In this document: piece by piece, positions 56,957 through 64,000 of the stretch
Position numbering within the stretch: position 1 is the stretch's first letter
Layout: every line of letters begins with the position of its first letter
Assembly: GCA_963662795.1 (NCBI GenBank)
Contig: OY759746.1
Location: forward strand, 2,656,001 to 2,720,000
DNA: 64,000 nucleotides
Direction: 5' to 3'
DNA from: Spirochaetia bacterium
GTDB taxonomy: Bacteria; Spirochaetota; Spirochaetia; CADAEX01
Made by a program: the position numbers and the translations under genes
The notes under the pieces: model-generated
The model's database searches: none
Seen by the model: the letters and a program-made list of their open reading frames with translations, nothing else
What the model was told of the DNA's origin: nothing

Positions 56957-58113
56957 GGGAGTCCATACTTGTTCAAATCTTCCATGAATGGATCAGGGTC
57001 CATCTGTTCCATATTGAAAACCCCTTTGCCGCTCCATTTCCCTGTAAGCATCATCTTTGCCCCTATCATGGCAGGAACTCCTGTTGTGTATGATATTGCC
57101 TGGGATTTTACTTCCCTGTATGCCTCTTCATGGTCACAGATGTTGTAGATGTAGTATTCCCTTTCCTTTCCGTCTTTTACCCCTTTCATGAGGCAGCCGA
57201 TGCAGGTTTTTCCTTTTGTCAGGGGGCCAAGGGAGGCAGGGTCGGGCAGAAGCGCTTTTAAAAACTGGAGCGGTATTATCTCCTGTCCGTTGTACATGAC
57301 AGGGTCAATCCTTGTCATACCTACATTTTCAAGTACCTTAAGGTGGTTGAGGTAATTTTCCGAAAATGTCATCCAGAATCTTGCTTTTTTTATTGTCGGT
57401 ATATGTTTTACAAGAGATTCAAGCTCTTCATGATACATCAGGTATATCTTCATTGCCCCTATCCCTTCCGGGAAATTGTAATCCTTTTTTACGGAAAGCG
57501 GGTCTGTCTCAATCCATTTGCCGTTTTCATAATACTTTCCCCTTGCGGAGACTTCCCTGATGTTTATCTCGGGGTTGAAATTGGTAGCGAAGGGCTGGCC
57601 GTGATTTCCCGCGTTAGCGTCAATAATGTCAAGTTCGTTTATTTCGTCAAAGTGATGCTTAAGTGCATGGGCTGTATAGACATTGGTGACGCCTGGGTCA
57701 AACCCGCTTCCGAGCAGGGCCATCAGCCCCTTGTCTTTGAATTTCTTATCGTAATCCCACTGCCATTTATAGCAGAATCTGGCTTCATCTTTAGGCTCGT
57801 AATTTGCCGTATCAAGGTACTTGACTCCGGTCTCAAGGCATGCGTCCATTATGGTAAGGTCCTGATAGGGAAGGGCGACATTTATTATCATATCCGGTTT
57901 GTGTTTTCTTATAAGAGAAATGAGCTGGGGAATGTTTTCAGCGTCAACCTGCGCTGTCTGTATCGGCCGTTTTAACTGAGAAGCTATTTTCCTGCATTTT
58001 TCCTCTGTTCTGCTTGCAAGTATTATCTCAGAAAAAACTTCCTGTACCTGGGCGCATTTATGCACCACTACCTGGCTTACTCCGCCTGCTCCTATTATAA
58101 GAACTTTTGCCAT
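56929..58113 (-). CDS. carboxy(nor)spermidine dehydrogenase (saccharopine dehydrogenase family)
   Basis: IIGAGGV, NVALPYQDL, YLDTANYEP, FATNFNPEINIRE, ISYTTGVPA; operonic with nspC. Confidence 0.93.
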   Translation of the reverse strand: MAKVLIIGAGGVSQVVVHKCAQVQEVFSEIILASRTEEKCRKIASQLKRPIQTAQVDAENIPQLISLIRKHKPDMIINVALPYQDLTIMDACLETGVKYLDTANYEPKDEARFCYKWQWDYDKKFKDKGLMALLGSGFDPGVTNVYTAHALKHHFDEINELDIIDANAGNHGQPFATNFNPEINIREVSARGKYYENGKWIETDPLSVKKDYNFPEGIGAMKIYLMYHEELESLVKHIPTIKKARFWMTFSENYLNHLKVLENVGMTRIDPVMYNGQEIIPLQFLKALLPDPASLGPLTKGKTCIGCLMKGVKDGKEREYYIYNICDHEEAYREVKSQAISYTTGVPAMIGAKMMLTGKWSGKGVFNMEQMDPDPFMEDLNKYGLPWKEIFIKN

Positions 58114-58383
58114 TTTTCCGGGCCTCCTGTGAAATAAAAATTATCAGGCCATTATATCAGAGAGAAGCAGCTGTTATCAATCTATCAGCTCATCATTGCA
58201 GTTTAATAATGAGTGAGTTCATTATCCTTTACTTGTTCATTTTAATTTTTTGAAATAATATTCAAATTGCTGCGAAAAAAGTATATACTTCTGACTTATG
58301 AGTCTGAGTGACAGCATGAAAATGCCAATTGACATTCTTTCCGTGTAAAAATCAATAATTCAGGGGAGGCCTGATAAGAAAAA

Positions 58384-60303
58384 ATGAAGAGAAGTTCTGG
58401 AATAAACTACTGGAGTATCAAAGATGCTGTAGAGCTTTACGGCATAGAAAACTGGGGATCTGATTTTTTTCAGGTAAACAAAGACGGCGAGGTTACAGTA
58501 ACACTCAGAAAGGGCGATGCCCTTGAACCTGTAAGCCTTTTTCAGATTGCCAGGGGTCTTGACGAGAGAGGTATTACAATGCCTGTTCTCATGCATTTCC
58601 CTGATCTGATTTTCAACCGCATAGACCGGATAAATAAAAGTTTTAACAATGTAATTAAAGAATACGGTTATACCGGTAATTACCGCGGCGTTTATCCCAT
58701 AAAGGTAAATCAGCAGCAGCACATAGTCGAGGAAATGGTGCGGTTCGGTACAGATTACAGCTACGGCCTTGAAGCCGGAAGCAAGTCAGAGCTGATGATA
58801 GCAATATCATCAATAAAATCCAGAGAATCTCTTATTATATGCAATGGATACAAGGATGAGGAATTTATTGATCTTGCCCTTTACGGTATGCAGCTGGGGC
58901 TTAAAATATTTCTTGTTCTCGAGAGGCCTAATGAAGTTAATACCATAATTTCACGTGCAAGAAAAAACAACATAATGCCCAATATAGGCCTGAGGGCAAA
59001 ACTCTCTTCCACTGTCGGGGGGAAATGGGCGGAATCGGCAGGCGACCATTCTGTATTCGGCCTTACGGCTTCCCAGATAATTGATGTAATTGATACGCTT
59101 AAAAAAGAGGACATGATTGAATGCCTTAAGCTTCTCCATTATCACATGGGTTCGCAGATCCCTGATATCCGCCATATAAGGGAAGCGGCAGGAGAGGCGG
59201 CAAGGATTTATATCAATCTTGTAAATGAAAATGCTCCGATGGGTTATCTTGATATTGGAGGAGGGCTTGCTGTTGATTATGACGGGTCAAAAACAATTTT
59301 TGAAAGCAGTAAGAACTATTCGCTTGAAGAATACTGCGGAACAATAATTGATTTATTGAAACAGGCTTTTGACGGAGCGGGGACTGCCCACCCGAATATA
59401 GTATCGGAATCAGGCCGGGCTGTAACCGCTTATTCCTCCATCCTTGTTTTTAACATTCTCGATGTCAACAGTCTTATCCCTGAAAACGGTATTCCCGCCA
59501 TGCCTGAAAATGCGCATGAGAACATAAAAAACCTTAAGGAGATACTTGAGACTTTGACCCTCAAGAACATTCAGGAGCAGTACCACGACGCGATCTTTTA
59601 CAGGGATGAACTCAGGAATCTTTTTCAGCTCGGAAAAGTAACTCTTCGCGACAGGGCTTATGCGGAAGAAATATTCTGGCGTGTTATCAAGAAGATCTCA
59701 GTTCTTTCCGCTGACTTAAAGCATGTTCCAGAAGAAATGAAAACACTTGAATCCATCATGGCAGATGTGTATTACGGCAATTTCAGCCTGTTCCAGTCCC
59801 TGCCTGACTGCTGGGCAATAGACCAGCTTTTCCCTGTAATACCTCTTCACAGACTTAATGAACAGCCTCTTGTCCCGGCTATAATAGCGGATACAACCTG
59901 CGACTGCGACGGAAAGATCGATAAATTCATAGGGTTATACGACATAAAGAGGAGCATAATGCTCCATTCGCTCAAGAAAGATTCAGACTACATTCTCGGC
60001 GTTTTTCTGGTAGGGGCTTACCAGGAAACACTCGGCGATCTGCACAACCTTTTCGGAGACACACATGTAATCAGCATTACCATTGATGAAGACGGTGAAA
60101 TCCAGCTGACAAGGGAGATAAGCGGAGATTCCGTATCCGATGTTCTAAGTTATGTGGAATATAAGCCAGCTGTTCTTCTTGAGCAGATTCGGACCCTTGC
60201 AGAGCAGGGCGTCAAGGAAAAGAAGGTTACGCCGAAACAGAGAAAGGAGATAATGGCCGCCTTTGAGGAAGGGATGAGGGGCTACACTTATTTTGAAGTA
60301 TAG
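58384..60303 (+). CDS. speA: biosynthetic arginine decarboxylase
   Basis: YPIKVNQ, EAGSKSE, HYHMGSQI, DIGGGLAVDYDGS, FSLFQSLPD, TCDCDG, GAYQETLGDLHNLFG. Confidence 0.96.
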   Translation: MKRSSGINYWSIKDAVELYGIENWGSDFFQVNKDGEVTVTLRKGDALEPVSLFQIARGLDERGITMPVLMHFPDLIFNRIDRINKSFNNVIKEYGYTGNYRGVYPIKVNQQQHIVEEMVRFGTDYSYGLEAGSKSELMIAISSIKSRESLIICNGYKDEEFIDLALYGMQLGLKIFLVLERPNEVNTIISRARKNNIMPNIGLRAKLSSTVGGKWAESAGDHSVFGLTASQIIDVIDTLKKEDMIECLKLLHYHMGSQIPDIRHIREAAGEAARIYINLVNENAPMGYLDIGGGLAVDYDGSKTIFESSKNYSLEEYCGTIIDLLKQAFDGAGTAHPNIVSESGRAVTAYSSILVFNILDVNSLIPENGIPAMPENAHENIKNLKEILETLTLKNIQEQYHDAIFYRDELRNLFQLGKVTLRDRAYAEEIFWRVIKKISVLSADLKHVPEEMKTLESIMADVYYGNFSLFQSLPDCWAIDQLFPVIPLHRLNEQPLVPAIIADTTCDCDGKIDKFIGLYDIKRSIMLHSLKKDSDYILGVFLVGAYQETLGDLHNLFGDTHVISITIDEDGEIQLTREISGDSVSDVLSYVEYKPAVLLEQIRTLAEQGVKEKKVTPKQRKEIMAAFEEGMRGYTYFEV

Positions 60304-60412
60304 TTTTTAAGATATAGCTCCGGCATAGATTGCGGAGATCTTTAAGCGTTTTAATGGATTATTGTTTTATCCATTTGCTGCTTTGAATATTTATTAAAAC
60401 GGAGAATTCCAC

Positions 60413-62527
60413 ATGAAAAAAGTACTCAAACCTGTAATCCATGTAGATGAAGACAAGTGCAGAAACTGCCACACCTGCATAGCTGTATGCCCGGTGAAAA
60501 TTTGCATAGACGGCAGCGGGGACAAGGTAGTAATAAACCATGACCTGTGTATTGGATGCGGCAGCTGTATCGCCGCATGCACCCACAATGCCCGAAATAT
60601 TATTGATGACATGCATCCCTTTCTTGAATCCCTGAGAAAAAAAGAAAAAATGATCGCGATTGTCGCACCGGCTTCAGCTGCGGTTTTTCCCGGTGATTTC
60701 CTGAAACTTAACAGCTACCTTAAAAGCATCGGTATTGAAGCGGTTTTTGATGTCAGTTTCGGTGCGGAACTTACTGTAAAATCCTATTTTGAGCATATAG
60801 AAGCTTCAAACCCGAAAGCGGTTATTGCCCAGCCGTGCCCCGCGATTGTTTCCTATATTGAACTTTATATACCTGAACTCCTTGAATATCTTGCGCCTGC
60901 AGACAGTCCGATGACTCATACGATTAAAATGATAAAACATTATTATCCTCAGTACCGCGGTCATAAAATCCTCTGTATCTCTCCATGTCCGGCAAAAAAG
61001 AGGGAATTCGAAGAAATTGGAATAGACCTCTTCAATGTGACAATGCTTTCGCTGAAAGAGCATATTAAAAATACAAAAGTGAATCTCTCCGCTTTCGGCG
61101 GGATTGATTATGATAATCCTCCCGCGGAAAGGGCTGTCCTTTTTTCAACCCCTGGCGGACTTCTTCAGACAGCTCTAAGAGACAGACCCGAAATCGGCAG
61201 TGTGACACGGAAAATTGAAGGGCCGGAAATTGTATATGAATATCTTGACCATCTTCCGCAGATGATAAGGGAAGGGAAAAACCCCCTTCTCATCGACTGC
61301 CTCAACTGCAGCCTCGGCTGCAACGGCGGGCCGGGTACCGGTAATGCGGGCAAGTCTCCTGATGAAGTTGAATATCATGTGAACCAGAGAAGCGAACAGC
61401 TTAAAAAGTTATACGCCGGCAGAAGGAACATTCTGCCGGGTATGCGTCCGGGGTTTCAGAAAAATATCGGTAAAATTGTTTCAAAATTCTGGAAAAAAGG
61501 TCTTTATGACCGCAGTTATACACGACTTTCGGAAAACAACTCCATAACAGTTCCGACAGAAGAAGAAAGGGAAGCAATTTACCGTAGTATGCTGAAAATT
61601 AATGAAAATGACATTATCAACTGCTGCTCCTGCGGCTATAACAGCTGTGAAAAGATGGCAGAGGCCATACACAACGGATTGAACAAACCTGAAAACTGCA
61701 ACCACTACAGGGAGAAGGTTATCGGGATGGAAAGAAAACATCTTGAAGAAATATATACTGAACTGAGCTGCAGGGTTTCTGATGTCAACAGAAGCATTGA
61801 GGCTATTACAGGATCTCTTGAGCAGTTTTTCGAAATAATAATGAAACAGGCCCGGTATCTGGGAGATTCATCCGCTGCGGTAGAGGAGATGATTGAAGTC
61901 ATAAGGACTCTTGCTTCAAAGGCAGGCGAAAGAAAAATTCTTATTGAAGATATGGCCGACAAGGCACTTGCCGGGGAGAGCAGTCTTCAGGAGACAATAG
62001 ATGCCATGAAGAACGTGGCAGAGGCTGTCTCAGGGATTTTTGAGATGACAGACATGATAAAATCCATTTCCACCAATACCAACCTGCTTTCTTTAAATGC
62101 CGCGATAGAGGCAGCTCACGCAGGAACTTTCGGTAAAGGATTTGCGGTTGTTGCCGGTGAAATAGGAAAACTTGCTGAAAGCGCTTCAGAAAATTCAAAC
62201 AGGATATCTTCAACACTTTCCGATATCGAAAAACATGTTTCAGGATCAAGGAAAGTAACAGAAAAATCAAGCGAAGGGATGAAGGTCCTGATGACAGATA
62301 TCAAACAGGTTGCTTTGGTTATTTCAGAAATACTTATTCAGATGAATGAGATGTCCGAAGGCTCAGGCGAGATTATAGGTTCACTTAATCAGCTCCGTTC
62401 TCTTTCAGATACTGTAAAAGATGAATCAGATAAAATAAGAGAAAGGGTGAAAGAAATAAAAACCGCTGTCAGTGATATCGCAAATATTTCAGAGACAACA
62501 CAAATCACTCTTGTGAATGCAATCTGA
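60413..62527 (+). CDS. cytoplasmic chemoreceptor: ferredoxin + [FeFe]-hydrogenase-like H-domain + FeS domain + MCP signalling domain
   Basis: CRNCHTCIAVCP, CIGCGSCIAAC; AQPCPA, SPCPAKKRE, DCLNCSLGCNGG; NCCSCGYNSC; TNLLSLNAAIEAAHAGTFGKGFAVVAGEIGKLA. Confidence 0.88.
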   Translation: MKKVLKPVIHVDEDKCRNCHTCIAVCPVKICIDGSGDKVVINHDLCIGCGSCIAACTHNARNIIDDMHPFLESLRKKEKMIAIVAPASAAVFPGDFLKLNSYLKSIGIEAVFDVSFGAELTVKSYFEHIEASNPKAVIAQPCPAIVSYIELYIPELLEYLAPADSPMTHTIKMIKHYYPQYRGHKILCISPCPAKKREFEEIGIDLFNVTMLSLKEHIKNTKVNLSAFGGIDYDNPPAERAVLFSTPGGLLQTALRDRPEIGSVTRKIEGPEIVYEYLDHLPQMIREGKNPLLIDCLNCSLGCNGGPGTGNAGKSPDEVEYHVNQRSEQLKKLYAGRRNILPGMRPGFQKNIGKIVSKFWKKGLYDRSYTRLSENNSITVPTEEEREAIYRSMLKINENDIINCCSCGYNSCEKMAEAIHNGLNKPENCNHYREKVIGMERKHLEEIYTELSCRVSDVNRSIEAITGSLEQFFEIIMKQARYLGDSSAAVEEMIEVIRTLASKAGERKILIEDMADKALAGESSLQETIDAMKNVAEAVSGIFEMTDMIKSISTNTNLLSLNAAIEAAHAGTFGKGFAVVAGEIGKLAESASENSNRISSTLSDIEKHVSGSRKVTEKSSEGMKVLMTDIKQVALVISEILIQMNEMSEGSGEIIGSLNQLRSLSDTVKDESDKIRERVKEIKTAVSDIANISETTQITLVNAI

Positions 62528-62549
62528 AATTAACGGAAGGGAAAAAGTA

Positions 62550-62580
62550 TCAGCCGGCCGGCTTTAAGCCTGCAGGCTGA
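62550..62580. terminator. hairpin between convergent MCP and glgP genes
   Basis: TCAGCC...GGCTGA stem with internal pairing. Confidence 0.5.
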
Positions 62581-62599
62581 TGCCGTTATTACATTAAAA

Positions 62600-64000
62600 T
62601 CAGCCAGGAAGCTTTATGCTTACGGGTTTTGCCCCCCATATCTCTTTTGCGTATTCTTTTATAGTTCTGTCGCTTGAGAATTTACCGGATTTTGCAACAT
62701 TTAAAACTGATTTTGTGTTCCACCTGCTCCTGTCGAAATAAAGCTCTTCAACCTGTCTCTGGCTGTCGATGTAGCTTTGATAATCGGCGAGAAGCATATA
62801 GTTGTCGCCATGATAAATCAGCGAATCAATAAGAGGTTTGAACAGATCAGTGTTATACGGTGAAAAATACCCGGATGAAATCATGTCGAGAGCTTTTTTT
62901 AATTCATCGTTTGTATTGTAATAATACTGCGGATCATAGCCCTTAGACTTAATCTTTGAAAGTCCCGCGCTGTCATGACCGAATATGAATATATTATCCT
63001 TTCCTACTTCTTCGAGAATTTCAATGTTTGCTCCGTCAAGTGTTCCGATGGTCAGCGCCCCGTTAAGAGCAAACTTCATGTTGCTTGTTCCTGATGCTTC
63101 TGTTCCTGCTGTTGATATCTGTTCCGAAAGATTTGCTGCCGGTATTATCTTCTCAGCGAGGCTTACGCCGTAATTGGCAAGGAAAACGACTTTCAGCATT
63201 CCGTTAACAGAACTGTCGTTATTGACAGTTTCCGCAACTGCGTTTACAAGCTTGATAATAAGCTTTGCAGTGTAATAGCCGGGTGCGGCTTTTCCTGCCA
63301 GAATTATTGTTCTCTTTACTTTTACTGAAGCCGGATTTTCCCTTATTCTGTTATAAAGCGTTACCGCATGCAGGATATTAAGAAGCTGCCTTTTGTATTC
63401 ATGCAGCCGTTTAACCTGGCAGTCGAAAATTGACTCAGGGTCAATCTCTATACAATTGTGCCTGTAGATATAGTCAGCAAGTGCTTTTTTGTTTGCAGTC
63501 TTCACTTTTTCCCATCCGGAAAGAAATGATTTATCTTTTGCCAGGGGGATAAGTTTTTTAAGTTTGTAAAGGTCCTTGATCCAGCCGGAGCCGATGCTTT
63601 CGGTAATAAGACCTGCAAGTCCGGGATTGCAGACTGCAAGCCATCTTCTCTGGGTAATTCCGTTGGTTTTGTTGTTGAACTTTCCCGGATACATAAGATG
63701 GAAATCATTAAAAATATCGTCCCTGATAATATCAGAGTGGAGCTGTGATACACCGTTTACCGAGTGGCTCCCGATTATTGCAAGGTTTGCCATCCTTACC
63801 CTTTTTTCACTCCCCTCTTCAATAATTGACATTCTGGAAAGTTTGCTGCTGTCTCCGGGATACCTTCTTTCAATCCCGCTTAAAAATCTGAAATTGATTT
63901 CATTTATAATCTTTATATGACGGGGTAGTACTTTTGAAAACAGGCTCATCGGCCATTTTTCAAGTGCTTCGGGAAGTATTGTGTGGTTTGTATACCCGAA
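62600..64000 (-). CDS. glgP: glycogen/starch phosphorylase (5' end outside the window)
   Basis: Frame open from 64000 (FGYTNHTILPEALEKW); NKTNGITQRRW, QVKRLHEYKRQ, EASGTSNMKF, FSSDRTI. Confidence 0.96.
   Translation of the reverse strand, partial: FGYTNHTILPEALEKWPMSLFSKVLPRHIKIINEINFRFLSGIERRYPGDSSKLSRMSIIEEGSEKRVRMANLAIIGSHSVNGVSQLHSDIIRDDIFNDFHLMYPGKFNNKTNGITQRRWLAVCNPGLAGLITESIGSGWIKDLYKLKKLIPLAKDKSFLSGWEKVKTANKKALADYIYRHNCIEIDPESIFDCQVKRLHEYKRQLLNILHAVTLYNRIRENPASVKVKRTIILAGKAAPGYYTAKLIIKLVNAVAETVNNDSSVNGMLKVVFLANYGVSLAEKIIPAANLSEQISTAGTEASGTSNMKFALNGALTIGTLDGANIEILEEVGKDNIFIFGHDSAGLSKIKSKGYDPQYYYNTNDELKKALDMISSGYFSPYNTDLFKPLIDSLIYHGDNYMLLADYQSYIDSQRQVEELYFDRSRWNTKSVLNVAKSGKFSSDRTIKEYAKEIWGAKPVSIKLPG

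Overview
A 64 kb chromosomal segment, most likely from an anaerobic free-living spirochete (gltX-glyQS-tyrS order as in Borrelia, alpha2-type GlyRS, spirochete-like lipoprotein signal). It is mostly housekeeping and metabolic: aminoacyl-tRNA synthetases, efp, ugpBAEC, tRNA-Ala(CGC), actP/DUF485, fumC, a dCache two-component system with a GltPh-like transporter, GH57/GT4/glgP, UvrD/PcrA, pgm, gcvTHPAPB, a hisI-hisG-like pair, eda, and a complete speA/speB/CASDH/nspC polyamine pathway. No integrase, transposase, prophage or CRISPR array was seen. The most notable item is a 1099-aa membrane protein (PHP phosphoesterase - TM - sCache_2 - TM - PAS - CBSx2 - DUF294 nucleotidyltransferase) divergent from DUF485-actP; it looks like a one-component carboxylate-sensing writer/eraser. 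Other items: a promoter- and terminator-bounded ~80-nt anti-SD sRNA candidate near efp, a leader terminator upstream of ugpB, an [FeFe]-hydrogenase-like/MCP fusion, a PfkB protein lacking the catalytic Asp, a divergent HisG/HisI pair, an amber-interrupted nuclease and a chimeric epimerase. All calls come from reading motifs by eye; no searches were run.
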